DNA of 64,000 nucleotides from an uncultured Candidatus Binatia bacterium (GTDB lineage Bacteria; Desulfobacterota; Binatia; UBA9968; JAJDTQ01): NCBI GenBank assembly GCA_965242525.1, contig OZ251459.1, positions 160,001 to 224,000 of the forward strand, read 5' to 3'. Shown piece by piece: positions 46,701 to 61,700 of this stretch (position 1 is its first letter; each line of letters starts with the position of its first letter). The notes under the pieces were generated by a model. It saw only the letters and a program-made list of their open reading frames with translations, ran no database searches and was not told where the DNA came from. The position numbers and the translations under genes were made by a program.

Positions 46701-49700
46701 TGGCCCCGTCTGGCGCTCACCATCGGGGCGAACACGCGGCAAGTGCCGTGGAACCATGCGGCCTACGGCATCGCGCCGTATCGCTACAGCTACACGGTGA
46801 CGGCCAGCGACTGGGACGGCGACGGCATCAGCATCGGCGCGGACGCCCTGACCGTGCCGTCCGGCTCCCACCTGAAGGGCAACGGCAACGTGGCCGCGGT
46901 CCTCTCGCTCGGGACCCACGCCATCGCCAACGACTCCGGCCACACGGTGCGGGACGGCAAGCCGGCTTTCGGATCCGTGGCGGCGCGGCCCTACCTGCTC
47001 AACGTGGCGGTCAGCGACGAGCTGCCGGCGGCGACCGGCGGCGACGCGCCGGTGACCTACGCGCTCACCGGGCCGGGGACCGCGGCGACGCTGTCCCTGC
47101 CCGCCGGCCTCTCCTGGGAAGCGGACACGCGCACGCTCTCCGGCGCGCCCCAGAGCGAAACCGCGGCGGCCTCCTACACGCTCACCGCCACCGATACCGA
47201 CGGCGATACGGCGACCGCGTCCTTCGACCTGTCGGTGGTGACCGAACCGTTGGTGACCGGCCTCACCATCACCTCCAGCCCGGCGTCGGGGGACACCTAC
47301 GCCGCCGGCGAGACGATCACCGCCGAGGTCACCTTCGACCAGGTGTTGACGGTGACCGGCGCGCCGCAATTGGCCCTGTCCGTCGGGGACGCCACGCGGC
47401 AGGCGGCGGGGAGCCACACCACCGGCGAGAGCAAGATCGCGTTCCGCTATACGCTGGGGACCGCCGACCGGGATGCGGACGGCATTTCCGTCGCCGCCGG
47501 CGCCCTGACCCTGAACGGCGCCACCATCCGCAACGCCAAGGGAGAGGACGCGCGCCTCGGGCTCGGCGCCAACGCTCTGGCCGCGCAGACCGGCCACAAG
47601 GTCTCCGCCCCGCCGAAGATCACCGGGGTGGAGCTCCACTCGAACCGGCTGCGGTGCTGCTGGGGCGTCCAGCCGGACGGTTGGGCGGACTCCCGGCAGA
47701 CCGACCACAACCGCTTCCCCCCGGCCCTGGTGTACGTCGAGGTGACCTTCGATCAGACCGTGGCCGTCACCGGCACGCCGCACGTCGCGCTCCGCATCGG
47801 CTCCGCCACCCGCCAGGCCGTCTACGACTCGTTCCTCAGCAGGATCCTCGCGAACCGCGCGCACCAGCCCGGGGACGTGAGCGTCGCCGGATTCTACTAC
47901 GAGCTGCAGCCCGGCGACCACGACGGCGACGGCGTCTCGGTGGCCGCCGACGCGCTGACCCTGGGCAGCGGCGAGATACGCGACGCCGAGGGCGAGGACG
48001 CCGTGACCGGCCTCGGCGCCCACGCCATCACCAACGACCCGGACATCCGCGTGGCGGACACGGCGCCATCTTTCGCGGCGTCCGCGGAGTCGACGCGGCG
48101 CTACCTCCTGAACCTGCGGGCGAACGACCGGCTGCCGGCGGCGACCGGCGGCGACGGAACCGTGACCTACACACTGACCGGGCCGGGCGCGGCCACGACC
48201 CTGAGCCTGCCTGCCGGCCTTGCCTGGAGCGCCGCCACGCAGACGATCTCGGGCACGCCGACCACCGCCGCGGCCGCGGCCTCCTACACCCTCACCGCCA
48301 CCGACGCCGATGGCGACGCGGCGACGGTCACCTTCTCCCTTGCGGTGGTGACCGATCCGGTGGTGACGGACGTCGCCATCACCTCCAGCCCGGCGTCGGG
48401 GGACGCCTACGCCGCCGGCGAGACGATCACGGTGGACGTGACCTTCGACCAGTCGGTCACGGTGGAGGGCACGCCGAACCTAGCGCTCACCATCGGCAGC
48501 GAGGCCCGAAAGGCGGGCGGGAGCCACCTTCCGGGGCAGAGCAAGATCACGTTCAGCTACCGGGTGGCGGCCAACGACCGGGACGCCAACGGCATCTCCA
48601 TCGCCGCGGACGCGCTGACGCTGAACGGCGGGACCATCCGCAACGCCAAGGGCGAGGACATGCGGCTCGGCCTTGGCGCCCACGCCGTGGTCGGCGCCGC
48701 CGGCCACAAGGTTTCCGCGCCGCCCCGGGTGGTGGAGGTGAAGCTCGACACCACGGATCTGGCGTGCTGCTGGAGCACGCAGCCGTCCGGCTGGGCGGAC
48801 CCCCGGCAGACCGCCACCAACCGCTTCGCCCCCGCGGTGGTGATCGCGGCGGTGACCTTCGACCAAGCGGTCGTCTTCGGCGGCAGCGGAACTCCGAGCC
48901 TGGCGCTCACCATCGGCGCCCGGACTCGGCAGGCGGCCTATAACGGCTACATCAGCCGGAGGATGGCGCGGAGCACCGGCAGAGACCTCGCCCGGGTGCT
49001 CGCGTTCCAGTACACGCTGCAGCCCTCGGACTTCGACGGCGACGGCATTTCCATCAGAGCCGGCGCGCTGTCCCTGCCCTCGGGCATGACCATGCGCGAC
49101 CGGGAGGGCGAGCCCGCGGTGCTCGGCCTCGGCGCCCACGCCATCGCCAACGACCCGGCCTACCGGGTGCGCGACACCGCGCCCTCCTTCGGGACGGCCG
49201 CGATCCAGCCCCAGCACTGGTTGGCCAGGGTCGCGGGCTCGCTCACCCTGCCGACGGCGACCGGGGACGGTTCCATCTCCTACGCGCTGACGCCGGCGCA
49301 GCGGCCGTCCTGGCTGGCGTTCGACGCCGCCACCCGCGTGCTGTCCGGCACGCCCCCGGGTTCGGTGGAGCGGACTACCTGGACATGGACGGCCACCGAC
49401 GGCGACGGCGACGCGACCGCGCTCACCTTCCCCCTCACCGTGGCCTCGGCCCGGGCGCCGAGGGTCTTCGACGTGAAGTTCATCTCCACCCCGGCGGCGC
49501 ACTCCACCTACCCGCCGGGCGCCATGATCAAGGCCGGGGTCAAGTTCGACAAAGGGGTGACCGTGACGGGGGTCCCGACCCTCGACCTCGATATCGGCGG
49601 CGCGGCGCGGCAGGCGGCCTACGTCGGGACCCAGAACGGTTACCTGGTGTTCGACTACACCGTGCTGCAGGAGGACTACGACACCGACGGCGTGAGCATC

Positions 49701-52700
49701 GGCTCGGGCGCGCTCGCGCATCCCGCAACCGGCAACGGCGGCATCTTCGACGCGGCCAACGGCGCGACCCGGGCCGCGCTCGGCCTCGGCTCCCACGCCA
49801 TTACCAACGCCATCGGCCACCAGGTGGGCAGCCCGCCGCGGGTCACCGGCGTGAGCGTCCGGTCCACGCCGCAGCAGGCCGGTACCTACACCCGGGGCGC
49901 GACCATCACCGTGCAGGTCGATTTCGACCAGACGGTGACGGTGACCGGCGCGCCGCGCCTCGCGCTCGCCATCGGCGGCCAGACCCGCCAAGCCGTCGCC
50001 GCTGCGGGCACGGGTACCGCCTATATCCGCTTCTCTTACACGGTGGCGGCGGCGGATGCCGACACGGACGGGATCGGCGTCGCCGCGGGGGCGCTGACGC
50101 TGAACGGCGCCACCATCCGCGACGCCGACGGCCAGGACGCGGTGCTCGACCTGGGCAGCCACGCGCGGGCCGCGTTCGCCAACGCCAAGGTGGACGGGAG
50201 CATGACCGGCCTCTGGCCGGTGTTCGGCGCCGCGGCCGGCCCCGATCTCGCCCTGACCGTAGGCACGGCGGCGACCCACGCGCTGCCCACCGCGACCGGC
50301 GGCGACGGGACGCTCCGCTACGCCGTGTCGCCGGCGCTGCCGGCGGGGCTGGTCGTGAACGCCGCAACCGGCGTGCTTTCCGGCACGCCGGGGATGGAGA
50401 GCCCGCGCACCGCCTACACGCTGACCGCGACCGATACCCACGGCGACGCCGCGACGCTGGTGTTCCACCTCAAGGCCGCCGGCACGCGCCCGGTGGTGAG
50501 CGGGGTCACCGTCGCCTCCACGCCGCTCTCCGGGGATACGTACGGGGCCAGCGAGGAGATCCGCGTCGACGTGACCTTCGAGCGCACGGGCACGGGCGCC
50601 ATGATGGTGCGCGGCGCGCCGCGGCTCGCGCTCACCATCGGCGGGAGGACGCGCCAGGCGACCTTCCTCTCCGTGTCCGGCGCGACGCTCCGCTTCCGCT
50701 ACACCGCGCAGGCCGAGGACCGGGACACGGACGGCATCGCCGTCGCCGCCGGCGCGCTCACCTTGAACGGCGGGCTGATCCGCGACGCCGCGGGGAACAA
50801 CGCGATCCTGGGGCTGGGGAGCCACGCGCTCGGCGCGCAAGCGTCGCACAAGGTGGACGGGAGCGCCGGGCGCGCCCCGGCCGTGACCGGGGTCCGGGTG
50901 ATTTCGACGCCCGCGAGCGGCGACACCTACTCCTACGGCGAGACCATCGAGGTGGAGGTGCGCTTCGACCAGGCGGTGGGCGTCTCGGGAACGCCCAACC
51001 TGGCGCTCACCCTGGGCTCGGCGACCGCGCCGGCGGCCTGGAACCGCGCCGGAACCAGTCCCACGAAACAGATCTTCCGCCGCGTGGTGGCGGCGGCGGA
51101 CGTCGACCCCGACGGCCTGTCCGTTGCCGCCGGCGCGCTGACCCTGAACCGCGGGACGATCCGCAACGTCGCGGGCACGAACGCGGCGCTCGGCCTCGGC
51201 AGCCGCGCGCTCGGCAACCAGGCGTCGCACAAGGTGAACGGCGCCAACGCCGCGGCGCCGGCGGTGACCGGCGTCGCCATCCGCTCCTTCCAGAGCGACG
51301 GCTGGTACGACCACGGCGAGACCATCGAGGCGCGGGTCACGTTCAGCAAGGCGGTCACGGTGACCAAGGCGACCGTGCGCGGCGAGGACTTCTGGCCGGA
51401 GCTGACCCTCACCATCGGCGGCACGGCGCGGAAGGCGTCCTACCACGCCGCGAGCGGGCGTAGCGTCGACTTCCGCTACACGGTGCGGGACCCCGACCAC
51501 GACCCCGACGGCATTTCCATCGGTGCGCGGGCGCTCGACTCGCATGGCGCGATCACCTACGACGTGGGCGCCGCCGCCGACCGGGTCCTCAGCGGCGTGG
51601 TCGATCTCGGCAGCCACGCGCTCGGCAATCAGACGTCGCACAAGGTGGACGGACGCACCGCCGCGGTGACCGGCGTCACCATCAACACGACTCCGGCGAA
51701 CAGCGCCGGTTATGGCGCGGGCGAGACGATCAGGGTGCAGGTGAATTTCAGCGACCTCGTCGACAAGTGGTCGGGGTCTTCTCGCCTGGCGCTCACCATC
51801 GGCGACAATACGCGCCACGCCTCGCTCTCCCACTCGATCGGGCCCCGGCACTCTCGCAGCCTCTATTACGAATACACGGTCCGGAGCACGGACCGGGACG
51901 CGGACGGCATCTCCATCGCGGCGGGCGCGCTGACCGGCTCCCTGCGGCGGCGGGAAGGCAACCCGGTGAATTTCGCCCTGGGCAGCCACGCGCTGGGCGC
52001 CCAGGCGGCGCACAAGGTGACCGGCGCCGTCGTGACGCCGCGCGTGACCAGCGTCACCATGATCGGCTTCCCGCAGAGCAACCAGACGTTCACCCTTGGG
52101 GAAGAGATACGCGTAAGGGTCACGTTCGACGTCCCGATCGTCGCGAGCGGGGGGGCTCCGCGGCTGGCGCTCGCCATCGGCAACGCCACGCACCGGCTGA
52201 ACGGCCAGCTGCTTGCCCTAATCCACGCATTGGAGTTCAGTCACACGGTGGGGCCGTCCGACCGGGACGCCGACGGCATCTCCATCGCCGCCGGCGCCTT
52301 GACGCTCCCGGCCGGCGCAACCCTGCGCAGCCGGCTGGGGGCGGCGGCGGCGCTCGGCCTGGGCAGCCAGGCGATGACCAACGACGCGCGGTTCAAGGTG
52401 GACGGCAGTTCCAACCCGGCGGCGGCAGGTGAAGTGAAGCTCTCGGGATCGGCCCGTCACGACACCTTCCTCACCGGCGAGCGGTTCAAGATCTCCGTCC
52501 ATTACGACAAGACGGTGACGGTCACGGGCACGCCGACGGTGGCGCTGCAGGTCGGCAGCGTCACGCGCCGCGTGCCGCTGTCCAATAACATTGGCAGGAC
52601 TCTGAGTTCCTACCGGGGCAGGGCTCCGAACTTCTATTACACGGTGCAGCACGGCGACCGGGACCCGGACGGCATCAGCATCGGGGCCGACGCGCTGCGC

Positions 52701-55700
52701 CTGGAAGGCGCCAGCATCACGGGGCCGGGCGGCAAGGCGGCGCAGCTCCGCTTTACCAACAGCATCGTGAACGACAGCATGTTCAAGGTCGGCGGCGCCG
52801 CGCGGCCGACGCCGACCTTCGGCGCGGCGGTGGTGCCGGCGCGGGTCTGGACGGTGGGCGTGCCGGTCGACTTCACCCTGCCGCCGGCGACCGACGGCGA
52901 CGGGACGCTCACCTACGCGCTGACCGGGCCGGGCACGTCGGCGGCCACCTTGAGCCTGCCGCGCGGGCTCACGTACTCCGCCACTTCGACCGGCGCCTTC
53001 GGCGGCGGGAGGATCAGCGGCACGCCGGCGGTCGACGCGAACCCGGCCACCTACCGGTTGACGGCGACGGACACCGACGGCGACGCGGCCACGCTCGACT
53101 TCACCATCCGGGTCATGCGCGACCTGACGCCGCGCTTCGAGGCGACGGTCGACGACCGGGAGTGGATCGAGGACGCCGCGATCGACGCCTTCGATCTGCC
53201 GGCGGCGGTCAGCGGCAACGGGACGTTGACCTACACCCTCTCGCCGGCGCTGCCGGGCGGGGTGTCGCGGGCGGACCGCCGGGTGAGCGGCGCGCCGGAC
53301 GCCGCCGCGGCGCGGACGGAATACACCTGGACGGCGACGGACGCCGACGGCGACGAAGGCTCGCTCACCTTCCACGTCACGGTGGCCGAGGACACCGCGC
53401 CGAGCTTCGGTGACGCCACCATCGACGACCAGTCGTGGAAGCAGGGTTCCCAGATCACCGCGGTCATCCTGCCGGAGGCGACCGGCGGCAACGGCCCGCT
53501 GACCCACGTGCTGAGGCAGGAGGGGCTGCCCGCCGGCGTCGAGCTCGACGGGCGCGTGCTGCAAGGCACGCCGACCGCGGTGTGGGAGCTGGTCGAATAC
53601 ACGTGGCGGGCCACGGACCAGGACGGCGACCGGGCGGAGCTCACCTTCGACCTGGAGGTGTACGCGGACCTGCAGCCGAGCTTCGGCGACGCGACCCTGG
53701 ACGACCGAACCTGGATCGAGCGCCAGGCGATCACCGCCTTCACGCTGCCGGCGGCCACCGGCGGCGACGGCGACCTGACCTACGCGCTCACGCCGGCCCT
53801 GCCCGCGGGCGTGAGCCGCGACGCGGCGACGCGCGAGGTGTCCGGCACGCCGAGCGCGACGCTGGCCGCCACCGTCTACACCTGGACGGCCACGGACGCC
53901 GACGGCGACCGGGCGGAGCTATCCTTCACCGCCGCGGTGGACGGCATCCCCACCTTCGGGGACCGGACCATCGCCGAGGCGGAGTGGGTCAAGGGTGTGG
54001 CGATCGCTGCCTTCACGTTGCCGGAGGTGACCGGCGGCGACGGCCGGGTGACCTACGCGCTGACCGCGGACGCGCCGCATACCGGGCTGCCGGCCGGGGT
54101 GGTCCGCGACGCGGCGACGCACGAGGTCACCGGCACGCCGACCGCGACGCGGGCGCGGGCCGAGTACACCTGGACCGCCACCGACACCGACGGCGATGAG
54201 GCGTCGCTCAGCTTCCATGCGGCCGTGGTCGAGCCGCCGGTGGTGACGCTGGCGCTGTCGCCCGCGGCCATCGACGAGCACGACGGGACCAACCCCGGCT
54301 CGGCGGAGGTGACCGCGACGCTGGACAAGGCGTCGCGCGCCGACGTGACGGTCACGGTGGCGGCGGCCGCGGGGACGAACGCCGCGGCCGGCGACTATGC
54401 GCTGAGCAACGCGGTGACGCTCACCATCGCCGCGGGCGAGACGACCAGCACGGGGACGGTGACGGTTACGGCGGTCGACAACGCGGTCGACGCGCCGGAC
54501 AAGGAAGTGACGGTCTCGGCAACGGTGAGCGGCAACAGCGGCGCGGCTGACCCGGCGAGCGTGACCTTGACGATCCGGGACGACGAGGCGGCCCCGGCGG
54601 TGGTGCTGGCGGTGGCCGACGGCGCCGTGGCCGAGGACGGCGGTACGACGACGGTGACCGCGACCTTGAGCCACGCGTCGAGCGCGGCGACGACGGTGAC
54701 GGTGGCGGGCGTCGAAGGCGCCTACACCGTGGATTCGTCGGACGCGACCATCACGATTGCGGCCGGCGAGACGGAGAACGCGACCGACACGGTGACGATC
54801 ACGGCGGTCAACGACGACGTGGACAACGTGGGCGACCGCGCGGTGACGGTGACGGGAACGGCGGCCAACGCGCAGGCTGCCGCGGAGTCGGAGACGGTGG
54901 CGGTAACCGGCGCGGCGCTGACGCTGACCGACGACGAGGCCACGCCGGTGGCAACCCTGGCGCTGAGTGCGGCGGCGATCGACGAGCACGACGGGACGAA
55001 TCCGGGGTCGGCGACGGTGACGGCGACCTTGGACGGCGCGTCGAGCGAGGCGGTAACGCTGACGGTGGCAGCGTCGGCCGGGACCAACGCGGCGTCGGGC
55101 GACTTCAGCCTGTCGGGCACGAATACGCTCACCATCGCGGCGGGGGAGACGAGCAGCACCGGCACGGTAACGGTCACGGCGGTGGACAACACGGCGGACG
55201 CGCCGGACAAGGAAGTGACGGTCTCGGCAACGGTGAGCGGCGACAGCGGCGTTGCTGACCCGGCGAGCGTGACCCTGACGATCGACGACGACGACGCGGC
55301 GCCGACGGTGACGCTGGCGGTGGCGGACGGCGCCATTGCGGAGGACGGCGGTACGACGACGGTGACCGCGACCTTGAGCCATGCGTCGAGCGCGGCGACC
55401 ACGGTCACCGTGCAGCCGGAGGCCGGCGCCTACACGGTGGACGCGGACGCCACGATCACGATTGCGGCGGGCGAGACGGAGAACGCGACCGGCAGCGTGA
55501 CGATCACGGCGGTGAACGACGCGGTGGACAACGTGGGCGACCGGGCCGTGACGGTGACGGGCACGGCGGCCAACGCCCAGGCTGCCGCGGAGTCGGAGAC
55601 GGTGGCGGTGACCGGCGCGGCGCTGACCCTGACCGACGACGAAGACACGCCGGCGGTGACCCTGCTGCTGAGCGACGCGACCATCGACGAGCACGACGGG

Positions 55701-58700
55701 ACCAACCCCGGTTCGGCGACGGTGACCGCGACCTTGGACCGGGCGTCGAGCGAGGCGGTAACGCTGACGGTGGCAGCGTCGGCCGGGACCAACGCGGAGG
55801 GCGGCGGCGTCTCGCTGCCGGGCGCACAGTCGCCTACCGACGGCCCGGGAGAGAGGACGAGCACCGGCGCGGTAACGGGGACGAGCACGGACGACCGCGA
55901 CTTCACGCTGTCGAGCGCAAGGACGCTCACCATCGCCGCGGGGGAGAGGACGAGCACCGGCACGGTGACCGTGACCGCGGTCGACGACACTGTGGACGCG
56001 CCCGACAAGCAAGTGACCGTCTCGGCAACGGTGAGCGGCGACAGCGGCGTTGCTGACCCGTCGAGCGTGACGCTCACGATTGAGGACGACGAGGCGGCTC
56101 CGACGGTCGTGCTTGCGGTAGCGGACGCCTCGATCTCCGAGAACGGCGGCACGACGACGGTGACGGCGACGCTGAGCCACATGTCGAGCGCGGCGACCAC
56201 GGTCACCGTGCAGCCGGAGGCCGGCGCTTACACGGTGGACGCGGCCGCCACGATCACGATCGCGGCAGGTGAGACGGAGAACGCGGCGGACAGCGTGACG
56301 ATCACGGCGGTGAACGATGACGTGGACAACGTAGGCGACCGGGCCGTGACGGTGACGGGCACGGCGGCCAACGCCCAGGCTGCCGCCGAGTCGGCGACGG
56401 TGGCCGTAACCGGCGCGGCGCTGACGCTGACCGACGACGAAGCCACGCCGGAGGCGACGCTGGCGCTGAGCCCGGCGACCATCGACGAACACGACGGGAC
56501 GAATCCGGGGGCGGCGACGGTGACGGCGACGCTGAATCGTGCATCGACCGAGGCTGTAACCCTGACGGTGGCAGCCACGGCGGCGACGAACGCGGCGGAC
56601 GGCGACTTCAGCTTGTCGAGCGCCAAGACGCTGACCATCGCGGCGGGAGACACGAGCAGCACCGGGACGGTGACGGTGACCGCGGTCGACAACACGGCGG
56701 ACGCGCCGGACAAGGAAGTGACCGTCTCGGCAGCGGCGAGCGGCGACAGCGGCGTAGCTGACCCGGCGAGCGTGACGCTGACGATCGAGGACGACGAAGC
56801 GGCGCCGACGGTCGCGCTTGCGGTAGCGGACGCCTCGATCTCCGAGGACGGCGGCACCACGGCGGTGACGGCGACCTTAAGCCACGCGTCGAGCGCGGCG
56901 ACCACGGTCACCGTGCAGCCGGAGGCGGGCGCCTACACGGTGGGCGCGGACGCGACTATCACGATTGCGGCGGGTGAGACGACGAACGCGGCCGACAGCG
57001 TGACGATCACGGCGGTGAACGACGCGGTGGACAACGTGGGCGACCGGGCGGTGACGGTGACGGGCACGGCGGCCAACGCGCAGGCTGCCGCCGAGTCGGC
57101 GACGGTGGCCGTAACCGGCGCGGCGCTGACGCTGACCGACGACGAAGACACGCCGGAGGCGACGCTGGCGCTGAGCCCGGCGACCATCGACGAACACGAC
57201 GGGACGAATCCGGGGGCGGCGACGGTGACCGCCACGCTGAACCGGGCGTCTACTGAGGCGGTCACGCTGACCGTGGCGGCAGCGGCCGGAACCAATGCGG
57301 CGGCGACCGACTTCAGCCTGTCGGCTGCGGAGACACTTACGATCGCAGCGGGGGAGACGAGCAGCACCGGCACGGTAACGGTCACGGCGGTCGACAACGC
57401 CGTCGACGCGCCGGACAAGGAAGTGACGGTCTCGGCAACGGCGAGCGGCGACAGCGGCGTAGCTGACCCGGCGAGCGTGACGCTCACGATTGAGGACGAC
57501 GAGGCGGCTCCGACGGTCGTGCTTGCGGTAGCCGACGCCTCGATCTCCGAGAACGGCGGCACGACGGCGGTGACGGCGACGCTGAGCCACGCGTCGAGCG
57601 CGGCGACCACGATCACCGTGCAGCCGGAGGCGGGCGCCTACACGGTGGGTGCGGACGCCACTATCACGATTGCGGCGGGTGAGACGACGAACGCGACTGA
57701 CAGCGTGAGGATCACGGCGGTGAACGACGCCGTGGACAACGTGGGCGACCGGGCGGTGACGGTGACGGGCACGGCGGCCAACGCCCAGGCCGCCGCCGAG
57801 TCGGAGACGGTGGCGGTGACCGGCGCGGCGCTGACGCTGACCGACGACGAAGACACGCCAGTGGCGACCCTGGCGCTGAGTGAAGCGACGATCGACGAGC
57901 ACGACGGGACCAACCCCGGATCGGCGACGGTGACGGCAACTTTGGACCGGGCGTCGAGCGAGGCGGTCACGCTGACCGTGGCGGCAGCGGCGGGGACGAA
58001 CGCGGCATCGGGCGACTTCAGCCTGTCGGTCGCAAAGACGCTCACCATCGCGGCCGGAGAGACCAGCAGCACCGGCACGGTGACGGTGACCGCGGTCGAC
58101 AACACGGCGGACGCGCCGGACAAGGAAGTGACCGTCTCAGCGGCGGTGAGCGGCGACAGCGGCATTGCCGCGCCGACGAACGTGACGCTGACCATCGAGG
58201 ACGACGAAGCGGCGCCGACGGTCGCGCTTGCGGTAGCCGACGCCTCGATCTCCGAGAACGGCGGCACGACGACGGTGACGGCGACGCTGAGCCATGCGTC
58301 GAGCGCGGCGACCACGATCACCGTGGAGCCGGAGGCCGGCGCATACACGGTGGACGCGGATGCCACGATCACGATCGCGGCAGGCGAGACGGAGAACGCG
58401 ACCGACAGCGTGACGATCACGGCGGTGAACGACGCGGTGGACAACGTGGGCGACCGGGCGGTGACGGTGACGGGCATGGCGGCCAACGCGCAGGCTGCCG
58501 CCGAGTCGGAGACGGTGGCGGTGACCGGCGCGGCGCTGACGCTGACGGATGATGAAGCCACGCCGGCGGTGACATTGGCGCTGAGCGACGCGGCGATCGA
58601 CGAGCACGACGGAACCAACCTTGGATCGGCGACGGTGACGGCGACCCTGGACCGGGCGTCGAGCGAGGCTGTGACGCTCACCGTGGCGGTAGCGGCAGGG

Positions 58701-61700
58701 ACGAACGCGGCGGCCAGCGACTTCAGTCTGTCGAGCACGAAGACGCTTACGATCGCAGCGGGGGAGACGAGCAGCACCGGCACGGTGACGGTGACCGCGG
58801 TCGACAACACGGTCGACGCGCCGGACAAGCAGGTGACCGTCTCGGCAACGGTGAGCGGCGACAGCGGCATTGCCGCGCCGACGAACGTGACGCTGACCAT
58901 CGAGGACGACGAAGCGGCGCCGACGGTCGCGCTTGCGGTAGCGGATGCCTCAATCTCCGAGAACGGCGGCACGACGACGGTGACGGCGACGCTGAGCCAT
59001 GCGTCGAGCGCGGTGACCACGATCACGGTGCAGCCGGAGGCGGGCACCTACACGGTGGGTGCGGCCGCCACGATCACGATTGCGGCGGGTGAGACGGAGA
59101 ACGCGGCCGACAGCGTGACGATCACGGCGGTGAACGACGCGGTGGACAACGTGGGCGACCGTGCGGTGACGGTGACGGGCACGGCGGCCAACGCCCAGGC
59201 CGCCGCGGAGTCGGCGACGGTGGCCGTGACCGGCGCGGCGCTGACGCTGACCGACGACGAAGACACGCCGGAGGCAACGCTGGCGCTCAGTCCGGCGACG
59301 ATCGACGAGCACGACGGGACGAATCCGGGGGCGGCGACGGTGACCGCCACGTTGAACCGTGCATCCACTGAGGCAGTGACGCTGACGGTCGCTGCGGTCG
59401 CGGGGACGAACGCGGCGACGACGGACTTCAACCTGTCGAGCACGAAAACGCTGACCATCGCGGCGGGAGACACCAGCAGCACCGGCACGGTGACGGTGAC
59501 CGCGGTCGACAACACCGCGGACGCGCCGGACAAGGAAGTGACCATCTCGGCGTCGGTGAGCGGCGACAGCGGCGTGGCTGACCCGTCGAGCGTGACGCTC
59601 ACGATTGAAGATGACGAAGCGGCGCCGACGGTCGCGCTTGCGGTAGCGGATGCCTCGATCTCCGAGAACGGCGGCACGACGGCGGTGACGGCGACGCTGA
59701 GCCACGCGTCGAGCGCGGCGACCACGATCACCGTGCAGCCAGAGGCGGGCGCTTACACGGTGGACGCGGACGCCACGATCACGATTGCGGCAGGTGAGAC
59801 GGAGAACGCGACCGACAGCGTGACGATCACGGCGGTGAACGACGCCGTGGACAACGTGGGCGACCGGGCGGTGACGGTGACGGGCACGGCGGCCAATGCC
59901 CAGGCTGCCGCCGAGTCGGCGACGGTGGCCGTAACCGGCGCGGCGCTGACGCTGACCGACGACGAGACTACGCCGACGGCGACGCTGGCGCTGAGTCCGG
60001 CGACGATCGACGAGCACGACGGGACCAATCCGGGGTCCGCTACGGTGACCGCCACGCTGAACCGCGCTTCGAGTGAGGCGGTCACGCTGACCGTGGCGGC
60101 AGCGGCGGGAACCAATGCGGCGGCGACCGACTTCAGCCTGTCGGCTGCGAAGACGCTTACGATCGCAGCGGGGGAGACGAGCAGCACCGGCACGGTGACC
60201 GTGACCGCGGTCGACAACACGGCGGACGCGCCGGACAAGGAAGTGACCGTCTCGGCAACGGTGAGCGGCGACAGCGGCGTTGCTGACCCGGCGAGCGTGA
60301 CGCTCACGATTGAAGATGACGAAGCTGCGCCGACGGTGGCGCTTGCGGTAGCCGACGCCTCGATCTCCGAGAACGGCGGCACGACCGCGGTGACGGCCAC
60401 GCTGAGCCATGCGTCGAGCGCGGCGACCACGGTCACCGTGCAGCCGGAGGCGGGCGCCTACACGGTGGGTGCGGACGCCACGATCACGATTGCGGCAGGT
60501 GAGACGGAGAACGCGACCGACAGCGTGACGATCACGGCGGTGAACGACGCGGTGGACAACGTGGGCGACCGGGCGGTGACGGTGACGGGCACGACGGCCA
60601 ACGCCCAAGCCGCCGCCGAGTCGGAGACGGTGGCCGTAACCGGCGCGGCGCTGACGCTGACCGACGACGAAGACACGCCGGAGGCGACGTTGGCGCTGAG
60701 CCCGGCGACCATCGATGAACACGACGGAACCAACCCTGGATCGGCGACGGTGACCGCGACGCTGAACCGGGCGTCCACTGAGGCAGTGACGCTGACCGTG
60801 GCGGCAGCGGCGGGAACCAATGCGGCGGCGACCGACTTCAGCCTGTCGGCTGCGAAGACGCTTACGATCGCAGCGGGGGAGACGAGCAGCACCGGCACGG
60901 TGACCGTGACCGCGGTCGACAACACGGCGGACGCGCCGGACAAGGAAGTGACCGTCTCGGCAACGGTGAGCGGCGACAGCGGCGTTGCTGACCCGGCGAG
61001 CGTGACGCTCACGATTGAAGATGACGAAGCTGCGCCGACGGTGGCGCTTGCGGTAGCCGACGCCTCGATCTCCGAGAACGGCGGCACGACCGCGGTGACG
61101 GCCACGCTGAGCCATGCGTCGAGCGCGGCGACCACGGTCACCGTGCAGCCGGAGGCGGGCGCCTACACGGTGGGTGCGGACGCCACGATCACGATTGCGG
61201 CGGGTGAGACGACGAACGCGACCGACAGCGTGACGATCACGGCGGTGAACGACGCGGTGGACAACGTGGGCGACCGGGCGGTGACGATGACGGGCACGGC
61301 GGCCAACGCCCAGGCCGCCGCCGAGTCGGAGACGGTGGCGGTGACCGGCGCGGCGCTGACGCTGACCGACGACGAAGACACGCCAGTGGCGACCCTGGCG
61401 CTGAGTGACGCGACGATCGACGAGCACGACGGGACGAATCCGGGTTCGGCGACGGTGACGGCGACGCTGAATCGTGCATCAAGCGAGGCTGTGACCCTGA
61501 CGGTGGCAGCTACGGCGGGGACGAACGCGGCGTCGGGCGACTTCAGCCTGTCGGCCGCAAAGACGCTCACCATCGCAGCCGGAGAGACCAGTAGCACCGG
61601 CACGGTGACGGTGACGGCGGTCGACAACACGGCGGACGCGCCCCACAAGCAGGTGACCGTCTCGGCGACGGTGAGCGGCGACAGTGGCGTTGCCGCCCCG

